64,000 nucleotides of DNA from Botryllus schlosseri (Eukaryota), in the NCBI GenBank assembly GCA_051294905.1, contig CM119381.1, forward strand, positions 14,260,001 through 14,324,000, written 5' to 3'. Position 1 is the stretch's first letter. Each line of letters starts with the position of its first letter. Under the pieces are notes generated by a model. That model searched no databases. It was not told where the DNA came from and saw only the letters and a list, made by a program, of their open reading frames with translations. The position numbers and the translations under genes are program-made. Positions 38,001 to 51,267 of the stretch are shown piece by piece.

Positions 38001-41000
38001 TGTTACTTTTCATTTCAAAATCTCACGAGATTTGGTCATAAGAAAAAAAGTCCTAAGACAACTCTGTAAGACTGTGATTGTAAAAAGTGTTCCCAGGGTT
38101 GCAATGACTTGACTCATGATTTTTTGGTGACTCGACTTGACTCGAGTCAATTCTTCAAACGCGTGAAATGACTCAACTTGTACTCGAGTCATTGTGCATG
38201 ATTGAACCAAGTCATATGACTCGAGACTAGGATGGCGAATCAGATGTTTCATTGTAACTTCGAAGAATAGTAAAGTTACCACATTATTGGTATTTCGTCT
38301 ATCAGTCCCGATACTTGGAAAATAGAGACAGAAACTGTTAAGAATGAGGAAAATAACAATAATATGAATGCGAGCCATTCTATATCACTCGAACAGAGTT
38401 CAGAGAAGTGGGTTGAGCCGGATTGAACTAAACAGTGAACATAATAACTTGGACTCGGACTCGAGTCAAAACACTATGACTCGGACTCAACCCTCTACTA
38501 GCTAACATGGACTCGGACTTGACTCGGTGGTGAATTGAAAATGACTCGACTTAACTTGAGTCAAAACAATAAAAGTGAGATTGACTTGTGACTCGGAACC
38601 TTGTGACTTGGTTATAACCCTGATAGTACGGTATTGTAAAACAAAAGGCATGAGCAAGAAAATGCATCTTGCATGACATGGAGGAGCACTGCAGATCGAG
38701 CACACCAAAAGATTGGCATAGCATACATAATACATTAAGATTTTCCAAATTTTGGACAACCCTAATGGGTAATCAAAGGGACCCTCTGGAACAAGTGTGG
38801 TACTGGCATTTTCCACGTCTTAGGGGTGGAATATTTCATGACTAATGCGCGAGTCATATTGGAGCTGAAGTCAAATAGGATTTTAATATCTAACAGACGA
38901 TATTACCTTAATTCCAATGAATTTTTTCTCAGGCCACACTAACATTTATGGTGCGCGATGAATGAGTGGGATAGGTGTTAGAGTTGATAGGAAAGATCAC
39001 AGATTGGATCTCGAGTCTGATATTCTAATTTCAGCAGATAAAGTCAATAGCAAAGTTTTCAGCAAATTCCAATGCATTAAATCCAACTGGAGATTATCAG
39101 TAGGAGCAAATTGAGTTTATTTTTATTATTTCCTTGAAGTGTTTACCGATAGTACTCGAGACAACGCTGCTCAAAGATTAATTGATGGTAATGTTCAAAT
39201 CTAATCTACTCACCGTAAGCAATTGACAGTGGAAAGGTAAACACACAAACCTGGAGTATGAAGGGTTTTCTTTCAATCTATTTGCAGAATATGAACTCGA
39301 GCTGAGCGTGGCATCCTGGTCGTCTGGACATGTAATAAGATATGATGAAACTAAATACATATGGAAAACATGCAAGTTGTACCTACCCCTGTCAACGGTC
39401 TTCTTGCTGTGGGACTCGCCAATAACTTGAACTGTGGAACTGGATTGAGAATCATACATTGACCCGTTTTTTGTTGCTCTCGGCGTTACAGATGATGCTT
39501 TTGAATGCTTCTGTCTGCTGGTTTCAGCCGGGTTGTCGGAACCTGATTTTTCTGTGATATTTTCTGGACAACCTTTTAAAATTATGTCCCCATCAGACAG
39601 ATTTTCGTCTCCGATTCCAGTCACACAAATTTGTGAATTTTTACTCGACGTAGTCGGGGTTACTTTATCAATGGATTTCGCTTTCAATCTAGACTCAAAT
39701 GTGGCAATGTGAGAATTCTGAATGCTTACTCCTGATTATGAAATGGCCGTACTTTCGCCTGTAGATCTGCCAGGTTTGATCGATATCCTCGTCATCGCTA
39801 GAATCGGAATCGCTGAAAAATTTAGGAATCCAGTATCCATTCGTTAACAGGAATGATGCCTGTGTTACGTCTATGATAAGATATACAGCAGGAGAAAATA
39901 GAAGAATATAATTATTCTTGATAAACTAACAATTAGCCCAATGAACGATGACTCGTCCTTGTGCATTCACTGTCATCTGCATTAATGCTATTTTTTTTCA
40001 CTTTTTTGCCCATCTAATCATGAAAATTTCTAGCCGATGTCATTCAATTCCTTGATTTTGGCGCCTAGATAAGCCCAGTGAGTGATTTGATTATTGCTTT
40101 TGATTATGGGACCAAGCAAGGAAGAGTGAACGAAAAACGCAATCCTGCCAGATAACAGATGCTCATAATTTAGGTAGTTTGGTATTTGACAGAGCAATAA
40201 AATTACTTCATAAATTTATTGCAGAAAATTTTCACTCTCAAAATTTTATTCAAGCCCCCAACTTTAAACCTTCTAGTAGAGACATGTAAGGAAAGTGTTT
40301 CACTTATCATGAGTTATACAATAAATATACAAATACACTGGGTGCATAGAATTGAAATTTATTTCTTTCCAGTTATGCTACCAGTTAAGTTATGTCATAA
40401 GTTACGACTCTGTAAAAACCAATATGTTATAACAGTATAAAACAGCTAATACCTTGGGATTGCATGCATTTTGGTCATATTTTGCACTCTCCTTGAGGCG
40501 AACGGCAGATCATTTGCCGACACGCCAACAGACTTGGTCACAGGTCGTTGCACTTCCAATGGCTCGGGCTTCTGAATTAACAATGCATGAGTTATCAATG
40601 TTAAACTAACTTTTGTACTTGGCAGTGGTACAAGATATCTTTATATAGTGGCCTAAAAGATTGAGAGCTGCCCCTACCCAAGGTCATGTATGAGGTGTAA
40701 AGTGTAATTTGCTTTTTGTCTCGCAACAACAAAAATAACGATCATTGATCAAATTGGATATCACCCGACATAAACTTGACTGTATATGTAAGCTTGACTT
40801 GGCCGAGGTTTGTATACGAGATTACTGAAGATATTCTCCCATAAACTTGACCAGCACCCTGGACATTCTGGCGAAATACCGAGTAATATCAAATTTTGAA
40901 TGTGTACAATTGCTGAGTTTATAATTTGAGGTGAGTCAACACTAAAAAGACTTCACAATACTCCGTCAGATTTCATAGCCCCATATTTGCCGCCAGAAAG

Positions 41001-44000
41001 AATATGAAAAAAGTTCTGGACAATGCATTGGGGAAGCGACCTTCTGTATTCAGCATCGTACTTTCTGTATACTAAATAACAAAGGCTGTCTTATCTATAT
41101 AAACAGGCTTCACTACTGCTTAAATACTCAAGTTACTGACAGACATGAATATTCTTAGAAAAGGTTAGATTGTATATTACAAAAATCAGTCACGAATAAT
41201 GGTTATTACAAGTCAGTCACGTTATACGTACACGATCGGTACCGGGTAACGAATTTTACTAGAGATTTGCAACACTTCAATCCTTTCCTTTATATCATCC
41301 TCAATCTATACCAATTAGAAAAGAACAACAATATTTAAAAGATTAAATTTTACCATTTCCACTTCCTGAGCCTCTGTTTTTGCTTTCTTGTCCGCATTGG
41401 GCCGTAAATCAATAAATACGGTAGTTCGACCCACGACATGTTGACCTAAACAAGAAATACGAGCATGGTAAAAATACAATGAACAGCAGGCTACTTAACG
41501 TATAGTGATGTCAAACAAGGCATGTTTTGACTGTAAATAATAATCGCAGAACTGGATTTGAACATGTCCATGCAACAAAACATAACCATCAACTGAAAGT
41601 GAGTGTCAGTTTTCATAAGACATTGTAGTAATAACAATCCTCAACAAATATATATTATATACAAAATTATACTGCATCCTCTATCCTTATAAAACTTACT
41701 GAGCACAATGAAGGTTATGGATTGTGTGCCGAGTACAAGTACAACTATTTTGTCAGTAGAGTTCAGCCTTGGCTGGGAAGGAACGAAGCAGAACTTCTTC
41801 CTCTTCTACAAACACAAGCGGATTGCCTACAATTGCACAATGTGAGTAATTTTGTTGTCCCACTATTTCCACTTCTACTTTGAAAATTTTAGAATCCAAA
41901 ATGTTTACAGCCCACATTTGAAATTTCGTCACTTATAAAGCACATTACAAGTTCATGGATGGAATCGCATTAATTTCACGAGTGAAATTGTCAATGTAGC
42001 AGTGCTCAATAAATCTTTGTCTCTGAATCTCAGACTACAGCTTGAATTTCAATCACGCGGATGTGAAACCGATTTTTGTCACAGCATCATTATTGACGTG
42101 TTATAATACAAGATGAAGAGTAGCAGTTGCCTCGATACCTTCATTGTTACCGTCTTCAATCTTCAGTAGTTTGCTTTCTGATTTTGGCGGTTTGTCGGCC
42201 TGCCGAGAATCTTCTAAACGAGTTTGTTTTTGGCACAAATCCAGCAGTTTATTCATTACTTTAGTCTTCTCTTCTTTGTCTAAAATAGCATTTGATACAC
42301 AGTCACAGCACAATCAAGACGGCGGGATATGTCGCAATATGACAACGTAAATCTTGCATCGTTTCAACAAGCATATATACCATCATGATCCGGGTATCGA
42401 AAATTGGATCATATCATCGTTACAATGACCTGATGTGGTGGCATCGCTGTTATAAGGTAGAGCATGTATCGAACTTGCTTCAGTAGCACAGGATGAATAT
42501 TACAGAACAGATGAAACAGATGAAACTACACCTACTCGGCTATTCTAAAGAAGTACTCCATTACTAACCGTGACTACCTCTCCACAAGATAAATTGTACC
42601 GCTTGTCAATATTCAGTCAAAAATGTTTAAAAGGATTGTAAAACAATCGCAAAAGTGCAACAAATACCCGTTTCTTTACGAGGTGAGTCTGCGGACAGTT
42701 CGGTGAGGTCGGTTGTCGACGAGTCTTCGACGATATTGCTTAGATCGAAGTCTTCTAATCTCTACATTGAAAAGATACATGCGCAATCGCAGGTTCTGAT
42801 AATATACTCCAGTAGCTGACCTCTAACGACAAGAGAGAGGTGACATCAATATCTTCAAATTCAGAAAATATGGAAGATTCACTCATCTCGGTAGCAGTTG
42901 CACTGTTTGAAGATTCTTTTGAAACTGAAAATCATAGTTGTTCAGTGTTCCCATATAGCCTACTATTAAGAACAATTTGAATATGGATGTACCTTCATTT
43001 ACATTTCGATTTACATCAGCAGCTTCGAGAGGACTGTCATCTAACACCGGAACGACTGGTGTTTTACGGTCTTCAATTTGCTCTGAAAATAGAATGTATC
43101 TCACCTCTGTTACATGTAAATATGCATATGCAAATACCTTCGTTTGCAAAATCTGTGTTAACTTTTTCTTTCAGGTGTTTTTGAAGTCTTTGAAAGAGTA
43201 ACGATGTACTTTTCGGTACGGAAGGTGATTGAGCCTTTTTAGCAATTGTGGACTCTGGTCTTACTGAAGTTGTGTGTTTCGGAGATACGGTTTTTATGGG
43301 ACTATCTGCAAAATACAAAACTCATCACAATGTGCAAGCAAACATGTCGTTTTCATACATGATTAACTTTAATAAGAGCTTATTGTCAAAAGCACTAAAA
43401 TAAACTGTGTGACCTCAACAACGCCACTCAATATATTGTTGTACAATATAACTGGCAACAGACATTTTTCAGGATAGGCATATATGTCTATGTCTACTGC
43501 ACATATCACATTTCAAAAACTCATACAACACGGTAGGCTAATCATGCCACTATCCTGGTACCAGCAGTAACCAAAGTCTACGAAATGAGATCATAAATAG
43601 GAATATAGAAAAGATGAAATAATGCCATCATAATATGAGAATCAACTTAAATGTTGAGAGCAATGAGAATAGTTAGAGATTTGAAACTCTCTACCTCTAG
43701 TACTGCAAACCAATGAACCCAGCCACTTTAGTAACTCAGCCATAATGGATAACGATTAGTGAAAAAAGTATAGGCTAGTATTGGATAAAATGGGGGACAA
43801 AGTGCATGTGAAAGAAAACACGGTTCCTCAACATTACAATTTCAAGTTTAAGCCGTGTTCAAAGAAGTAATATTCAGAACACTGCATAGTTCAAGAACAT
43901 CAGTGAGTTCATTACTGCAGATTTAAACTACTGTCTTGGCCACCTCTATGGTGATACGTTCAATTTACATGCATGACTCAGCATGTCGGGTGGACTTGTT

Positions 44001-47000
44001 TTCAATAGGGTTACCATATGTCCTCCTTCATGAGGATTTGTTCTCCTTTTTCAAGCAATCGATAATGTCCTCCGAGGACGCCTAAATGTCCTCCTATTTG
44101 GAAATCCATCCTTCTTTATAGCTTTGACAACCAGGGTAGTGGACAGGCTTAATTAAAAAGCGCTATAAATGACGCGAAATCTGCAATTCGGACGGTCGAT
44201 CGGGTCATTCGGGAGTATGGCAGTATCGTTGAAATGTAGACTACGTTGTTGTGCCGATAGCAGACGGCATATATAAACGTAAGACCTTGATAGCTTCCCC
44301 ACCCTGTTTCACGTCCACTTGGTATGATTATAACTTTATTATAGTTACACGAGCTTTCGGATCTTGGACTAAGTTATAATCCTACAAGTGGACGTTAAAC
44401 AGGGTGTGGAAGCTATCAAGGTCTTGCGTTAAAATGTAGGTAATCCGGGAGTCGAGTCGGAAAGATGACTTTTTTTTAGTCCACAAAACGAGATTTTTAG
44501 TACAAGTTTTAGAATCAGCAGTTTTCTAGTCCGGTAACCTGACTTCAATGATTTGTTAAAAGTGTCCGCCTTAGAGGATCCCAAAATATGGTACTCTATT
44601 TTCAAGGTCAATTGATATGTTTGAATTATTTTCAAGACTAAAAAAAGCAGACTGATTACTTGTTACGCTTCCAACTTCTTCAGTCTTTTTATCTGTGGGA
44701 AGGGATCGATCAAAAATGCCAACAGACTCGTCCGCTGAAGAAGTCGTCTGAAAAATATAGCAAGCTCATATCGGAAGTCTGAACAAATAGGATGCATCTT
44801 ATTATGTATATGTAAATTTACCCAGCAACTATTCTCCAATATAGCAACTGGTCACGCCTTTTCGAGTATGAAACCATTGGAGAAGCTCTACAGTACACAT
44901 TTGTGTAAAAAGTACTGTAGTCATGATAATGGAATTCAAAATTTTCTTTCTGATAAAAGTCAGCAAAAGCAAAGGCTTACCAGATAATTTATATGCATTA
45001 GTCGATCAACGTAGGAAGGCTAATAAAGAGATATAAAGTCGCAATTGCAAATATAGCCTGTCTTTTGTAGCTGTGATCAAGGGGATATATAGCATGTAGT
45101 TAATGACTTCAAGGTAGTCGTAAATATCAGAGATTGGCTCCCAAACTTTTCAAACAGTAGGTAGTACCAGAAAAACATTACTTGAATTATCTATTACTGT
45201 TTAGGCTATACTAGTTACATGCTAGCACCCTATCGTTTCAATACTGGCACAGAAATTTACCTCTGAATCGGAATCCATGGCAGGTAAATCATTTTGAACT
45301 TGTGAAAATATGTAGCTCCATTGTCCACTGGATTCATTATCCGGCTTATGATGAGATTGAACTGTGTGATAACATGATTTATTAGCATTTGTTTATTACG
45401 GTATTGTCATTCATCAGGCAGGTATCACTATTTAAAATCAATTAAACAAACAGTCTCCTCGGCCTACAATAGAATTAAAATACAATCAAGTTCTCATGGT
45501 CTAGTAGCTCTGAACTATTTAGTCTAGATATTCATCCACGCAGAGCCAAAATAAAAAAAAACTCACGATTGTCATCGTTCAAATAGAGCAGTGGTTCCCA
45601 ACCTGTGGTACGCGTACCACTAGTGGTACGCGAAGGTCTTCCAGGTGGTACGCGAGTACATTCTGTTTTTTTTCTCGACCAAATGGAGTCATTAGTTCAG
45701 GTGGGGTTGATTTTGAGTTTTTTGAAGCATGGCCTCCTCGTATTCGACGCTAGCTTCTCACGCTAATCCCTAGATGTTAATTTTCCCTTCTACGTGGGAG
45801 TGCGAGCAAGGATTTTCATTCATGATGACTATCAAGTCGAAGAAACGAAACCGCCTTGTTGCGCTCATGCATGACTTTCGATGCGCTGTGAGAAAACGTA
45901 TGCCACTCGTCGACCAGCTAGTGCAGGAGAAGCCAACCGTGACCCACGGGCCAAATGTGGCCCGCGAGAAGATTATGAGTGGCCCGCGAGATAATTCTCG
46001 AAATTAGTTATAATATCAAGTATTGAATTACTCAGGTAATTTACTGTGAACTTCCAAGACCAACAAAAACTTGATTAGTTTGACCCCGAAATATGAGGAT
46101 GTTGATCACTTAAATACCAGTTCCGACGCATTGGCGTAGCCTGGAGCCAGCAAAATTTTTCTTAGATGTCCCTATATTACCATAAAGTAGAATATTCCGT
46201 CGTAGATTTATTTGGCTTGATATTTTTCTTAGCACATCGCGCGATTTATTGTCAGTCTATTTCTTGCTTTTTGTAGCCCTTCCTGAGTATAAAAATATGC
46301 CCAATCTACTTAATTGACGATATTGGTAATTGTGAGAGAACGTGCCGTCCAACATCCGACTTCGCGTCTGCACTCGCAGAGATGATGATGAAGATGAAGA
46401 TGATCGGCGATGAAACTTTGGCACAAAATGATAGACGCATGTTCACCGAAATCGTCGCTAATAATATGTCGGAATCATCCTGCGTTTGCCAAGAGAGCCC
46501 AGTGGCATACATAGGTTACTCGCAATATATGCAAGTAACATTAGTATTGGCCGAACTTATTCACTAATTTGAAAATTTTTCGCGCTTGGCGCGGGTACTT
46601 CATGAGTGCACTGTTCACACTGACTTTTCATGACATAATTGTTATCGATTTTGATGCGTAGTGATATAAGTCTTGTTTCCGTCATTACCTAATCCGGTTC
46701 GCTTCTATCGGCTGGATAAAAAAGGTCATCATCATTCAACACGCCCGCGCAATGGTTCGCAAATATCATGTGGCCCTTTGGTCGAAAAGGTTAACCGCCA
46801 CTGAGCATAAATCACATACGTGCTTGTGACGTCATAAATGGTGGGAGCATTTTGACCTCCTTCTGCGCGCGTAACTTGTAGGTGGTACGCGAGCACTGCA
46901 TAAAACCTCGTAATGGTACGTGGGTGGAAAAAGGTTGGGAAACACTGAAATAGAGTGATAATATACTTTACCCGTGGAAAGACTTTCATCTGAATCACTC

Positions 47001-47002
47001 AT
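23041..47002 (-). CDS. DNAAF8: Dynein axonemal assembly factor 8-like (C16orf71/Daap1): acidic disordered N-terminus plus several NDK-like repeats
   Basis: Exons 47002-46972, 45361-45261 and ~44750 splice in phase to MSDSDESLSTVQSHHKPDNESSGQWSYIFSQVQNDLPAMDSDSETTSSADESVGIFDR. This resembles the human C16orf71 N-terminus as I recall it (WDAILKAVKDQLPSLDSDS...EEELFIFQR). 3' exons 28587-28306, 26636-26532, 26011-25777, ~25250-25110, 24951-24776, 23712-23614, 23555-23470, 23230-23041 give NDK folds (VLVIKPDA, GFEICAMRM, GPVLVAMLQRKNA, AGPQNPQIAR, TLRALFG..NGIHVSDS). Middle exons (33-43 kb) are only partly resolved. Confidence 0.8.
23742..24600. mobile_element. Composite of GACTCGAGTC-rich hAT MITEs
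   Basis: Starts with the CAGTGTTGGGAT TIR, as at 31894. The 24130-24590 part is the reverse complement of the family at 38094-38622 and 60532-61073. Confidence 0.75.
26717..28270. mobile_element. Non-autonomous hAT element (1554 bp) with (GTAATT)n subterminal arrays, in a DNAAF8 intron
   Basis: TIRs CAGAGTTGGATCAATT; perfect TSD GATGACAC (26709-26716, 28271-28278); internal diverged inverted repeat, ~27061-27211 vs ~27472-27622. Confidence 0.9.
31894..32780. mobile_element. hAT MITE (887 bp), GACTCGAGTC/GACTTGACT subterminal repeats
   Basis: TIRs CAGTGTTGGGAT; perfect TSD CTATCTAC (31886-31893, 32781-32788). Confidence 0.9.
36855..37110 (-). mobile_element. tRNA-derived SINE, diverged subfamily with full head
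   Basis: Minus strand reads GACCGACAAGATAGCCTAATGGTGAAGCATCCGGCTTC...GTGGGTTTGATCCCCGGCCGGGTCGAACCAAAGAC...; its tail resembles ~21710-21790. Confidence 0.72.
38094..38622. mobile_element. hAT-type MITE, CAGGGTT TIR, GACTC-rich
   Basis: CAGGGTTG...ATAACCCTG ends; body shared with 60532-61073 and 24130-24590; TSD not preserved. Confidence 0.78.
44278..44428. repeat. Near-perfect 151-bp palindrome (~59-bp arms)
   Basis: CGTAAGACCTTGATAGCTTCCCCACCCTGTTTCACGTCCACTTGG...ATTATAACTT pairs with AAGTTATAAT...CAAGTGGACGTTAAACAGGGTGTGGAAGCTATCAAGGTCTTGCG, with a few mismatches. Confidence 0.9.
45589..46947 (+). mobile_element. Deleted/chimeric hAT (Charlie-like) element in DNAAF8 intron 1, with a transposase C-terminal remnant
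   Basis: TIRs CAGTGGTTCCCAACC / GGTTGGGAAACACTG; perfect TSD AAATAGAG (45581-45588, 46948-46955). 45774-45930 encodes FPSTWECEQGFSFMMTIKSKKRNRL, the hAT dimerisation-domain motif (consensus FPSTYLCE.GFS....IKTK.RNRL). Confidence 0.88.
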
Positions 47003-47497
47003 AATGTGTCGTCAGTAGCTATATGCTTTGCAGTAGCTACACTCAATTCGACCACCACAGTTATCACTGTATGCATACGGTATCTTTATTACAATTATCA
47101 TATGGTATGGTACTATATATCTGTTAAGACAAATATTACAGGTTGTAGCTTAGAAATTTCACCACAAGTGCACTAATAAATCTACATTATACACATATCA
47201 TACTGAGGCTGGCTAATCTTTGCGCCAGGTAAGCATAGCGTCGCTAATCAAACGTATCAGAGTCGTCGCAACAGAGGCAACCCACATGAAGTTTGAATAA
47301 ATTGAATGCAGTCTGGCACTATAACTCAAATTACAAAACTAAAATTTGTCCTTATCATAATACCTACCATTCAAAAGCATCAAAGAATGGAAAAACATTA
47401 AATTGCCTAGATGATTAATAATGGTCACATTATAATATTACGCTGGCCCCCAATCCACTCATATATAAAACGCATACAAATCTACAAGTTCACCATG

Positions 47498-47541
47498 TTG
47501 TTTATCGGTCGCCCAGCAAATTCGTTTATTGTCGTTGTAAC
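47498..47541. promoter_or_regulatory. Candidate forkhead plus RFX X-box cluster upstream of DNAAF8
   Basis: TAAACAA (minus strand, 47498-47504), GTCGCCCAGCAAA (47508-47520) and GTTACAACGACAAT (minus strand, 47528-47541). These are imperfect matches ~500 bp upstream of the ATG of a motile-cilia gene. Confidence 0.33.
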
Positions 47542-47887
47542 GAAAAGCGGTTCGTTCAGCGACCACTGTGCGATCAGTCATTTATGACTTTACGAGCTTC
47601 ATAAAACAGGTGTAGTTTGTACATCCATTGGATTATTTTATTATATTCTGTATACAATTAGTTACCAGTGCAAAACACCATCGAATTGATCAATGAACAC
47701 CCGCCCTGGCCTACAAGTAGGCTACTTACACATGCACACTGGTGAATGAGACATGTGAAATAATAATCGCGTCAAAATATCCAGACGTAATGACGAGACG
47801 TGTTTTGGTACGACCGTACGAGGTATCGATGCATGTATTTGTAAGTTCTGTATATATTATTGATATGTTGTTAAGGTATAATATTAA

Positions 47888-48210
47888 TAGGGTTACCATA
47901 CGTCCTCTTTAAAGAGGATTCGTCCTCTTTTTTGACTTTATTGAAAGTGTCCTTGGAGGACGCCCTTTTGTCCTCTTTTTTGAAATTTTGTCCTCTTTTT
48001 TGAGCGGAAAGTGAATTTTTTTTTGTTAGTCAACCCTGCCCCACAAAGTGAAGGAAAAGACTGTATTTTAGGCACGGATCAGGAAATATGACCTTTTTTA
48101 GACCAAGTGGGTAAAATTTACCATTTTTTGAGAATTCTCCTCCGATTTTGCAAGTCTGAAATTTCTGAAAAAGTGTCCTCTTTTTAGATTTCCAAAATAT
48201 GGTAACCCTA
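47888..48210. mobile_element. hAT-type MITE with TAGGGTTACCATA TIRs
   Basis: TAGGGTTACCATA...TATGGTAACCCTA; flanks AATATTAA / AATAATAA (7 of 8 match); partial copy at ~44008-44135. Confidence 0.82.
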
Positions 48211-48251
48211 AATAATAATAATAATGAGTACATCAAAACCGTTTTCTCATA

Positions 48252-49050
48252 ATGTTAAACGCAGACTGCGGGTACCGGGGCCCACAACTTGAGCTCATGA
48301 AAAGCTACCTGACTGGACGCCAACAAATGGTTTCAATCTCCAGCACCGTGTCCTCTCATGATCTAATTACCTATGGTACACCCCAAGGCCCAGTGTTTGA
48401 ACATGCCCTCCTCACTTCATATCATTTTGAGGCCTCCTCAGTGAGTATCCTACCGCACTGTTCGCTGATGATACTCGCCTCCTCTCTACGGATCCTCCAT
48501 ATGGCAAAGTTGGCGGCCCATAATAATATTTTCGTCAACGCCGCAAAATTCCAATTATTGGGCGTACATTCTGGGCAAAACCTGATTGCTGGTCAACCTA
48601 TTTCCAATCCAGAAAATGCGAAATATCTCGAGGTTTTGGACTCGTATGGTCGACTTCAAAGGTCATCGCTCCATCAAATATTTCGGACTTCAAGTGTGGA
48701 ACAGTATCTCGTCAAGAATGTTCACTTTCAAGTCGAAATACAGGCAATCTCTGCTGAATGAGTAGGCAGGCATACTAGTCAGCCCTCAAGATTACTGGAC
48801 CTCGACCTGACATATCTCTCGCCTTCACAGTCACATGCCACCTCATTTTGTCGCTTGTGCTTTTATGTTATCTTCTTTTACTTTTCATTCAGTGTGCATG
48901 CTTCCTTTTTACATCGCCTAGGTCAGGTGGGTGTCTGATTTCGAAGACTCTGCTTCAAGTCGATTCGACACCTTCATATATTTCATTGTATCGCAGTCTC
49001 GCGGTATATTGAAATGATCAAAATTGTAGCAATAAATTGAATTGAATGTA
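48252..49050 (+). mobile_element. 5'-truncated degenerate LINE (CR1/L2-type reverse transcriptase fossil) with 3' UTR
   Basis: LMKSYLTGRQQMV, YGTPQG, frameshifted LFADDT (FADDT at 48461-48475) and KYLEV, then the repeated 3'-UTR sequence ending AATAAATTGAATTGAA. Confidence 0.85.
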
Positions 49051-49209
49051 GGTCGATGAGCTTGATTGAGCGTTTTGTTCTCCGGCTGGTCGTCGGCCGG
49101 GTATTTTGAGCCGAGACATATGAATTTAGCTGTTTTGGCATCCAATGGCCAGCCGCTACATCAACGTGCAGGTTGCTGGTGTAATAATAACCACTCAAAC
49201 GGGCTCTTT

Positions 49210-50712
49210 CAGAGGAGGTCAAAGTAGTCAAGAAAGTTACTCAAGTAGAAGTAGCGACGAAAAAATCTACTCAAGTACGAGTAGAAGTAGTTATTCCATA
49301 AGCCACCTAAAACTACTTGAAGTAGAAGTAGAATTGACTGACTTTAAATCTACTCAAGTATAAGTAGTTTTGAAAACAGTCTAAATTCGTTGGCATGGAC
49401 TGTCAAAAGCTGCAAATTGAGCTATGTGGGAGGTGCAGAGAGCTTGATTCGTATTGATGCATCCACCAGGAGGTATCAATTTTTGACAGAATAAGCATTC
49501 ATTCGCATCATGGTATGCAAATTATAGTATTGATAAGAAAAGGCGATACTAACCCTTTGTTTACTAGAAGACCTCGTTTTAGAGATCATCATGGCATGGC
49601 GCCCTATCCCATATTTTAAGGCCTCAAGTTTAGGCGCAGAGCAATACGGAGAAGTTGTATCGGATACGCTGTCAACACTTTGCGCGATTAAAAGGCTATA
49701 CGTTAATAAAAAATATTGTGGATCGTGAAATATATATTTAGTGTAGCTTTATTGTTGGAAAATAGAGGCATAATTACTACACTTGCTTTTACGCTTCAAC
49801 ATGTATGTTCTGCAGAGAAAAGAACTGAAAGTTAGAACTCAAAGTATGATACTCGGAATTGAAAGTGAAGTACAAATACCACATCCAAAAAGCTGTAAAT
49901 ATATTTCATGTCTCTTGTCCATAAAGCTTCAAAGGTGATCTGCTAAAACAGGCGTAACGTTAAAAAAGCCGGATCTTCCAGATAGCAAGACACGTGGGCT
50001 GTTAGACTACAATATGATAGGTAATTGATAGATTGCGAAACGGTAGTTTCAAACGTTATGGTGGGCCATATTTACTGTGATGCGAAGTATTTTATATGGG
50101 CGTCAATGCGGTGTGAATGGAACCAAGCAATGCGGTACCTAAATTATATTCACTGATACTTTCGTGAAAACATATTTGTCACTCTAGAACTGCTGTGCGC
50201 GAAGCGCAACAAAATTTGTGGGCTTTAATTGACTTAGTGTAATGTTTATGCGTCCGGCTTCTCGAGCGGTAGGTCGTGGGCTCGATCCCCGGCCGGGTCA
50301 TACCAAAGACTCGAAAATTGGTATCCGCAGCTATCCTGCTAGACGCTCAGCAATCTCGGATAGCATGGAGGAGAAAAAAAACGGGGGCGCAGACTAGATG
50401 ACCTCATGGGGCCGTATCGCAACTCCGTCGTCAAAGCATCTCGATGGTGCAGGCGAAAAAGAATACCATATCTCTCTCTCTCTTATGAATATCAAATGTT
50501 GGTACTCCGTGAAAATAGCCCCGAAATTCCTCAGGATATCTTCCGTATTGAGGAAATAAACTACTTCTACGTGACACACTGAAGATGGCGAAAAGTAAAT
50601 CACAAAATATTACAAAGTAGAAAAAATCATATCTACTTGAGTAAGTACCAGTAGAGGAAAACTACTTGAGTACTCCCAATAAGTAGAAGTACTTCGTTAC
50701 TGACCACCTCTG
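49210..50712 (-). mobile_element. Non-autonomous hAT element, older copy of 52250-53506 in inverted orientation, carrying a SINE insertion
   Basis: CAGAGG(A/T)GGTCA TIRs; colinear with the reverse complement of 52250-53506 over its whole length apart from the insert at ~50237-50481; TSD not preserved. Confidence 0.88.
50237..50481 (+). mobile_element. tRNA-derived SINE, copy 2, nested in a hAT element
   Basis: Near-identical to 11677-11915; A-box-like TAGTGTAATG, B-box-like GGCTCGATCCC, (CT)n end; absent from the sister hAT copy. Confidence 0.85.
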
Positions 50713-51267
50713 CTTTTGATAACACGCTGGAGAGGAGCTCAGAAACCATTGACACTTAAAAACTAGCCACAGCTGATATGCCCATCGTGCACAATTTCAT
50801 TTCAGATAAGCCGTCGATTACAAGCTTTGGAACCGGCGGGCTTGCGGCATGTTGCATTAACCGAATCGTTGGTAACCACAACCTAGCCCTTGAACTGTAC
50901 CATTCCATCATTCGCCACCAAGAATGATACTGGACTATTAGAAAAACGTAACTTTATTCGCACCAATGACTCAATCCAAAATAGCAACAATCATAAATAT
51001 GTATATTTTCTGCCAATACACGAATCATTGCACATTTCAAAAGTACAAAACAAAGAGTATTCCATTACCCGACCACATGATTTTGTAATCATAAATCTGT
51101 CGAACACTTGATGAATAGCTGACCAAAAAAAAGCACTGGCAGTACTCCATAAAATAGCTATGCAATTGCACTAATTAATGCCACAGAGAAGCAAAAAGAG
51201 AAGACGCGTATGGCTTTAACCAGCAGATAATGTCAAGTGAAGCACCTGTTCGAGGGTATGAAAACAT

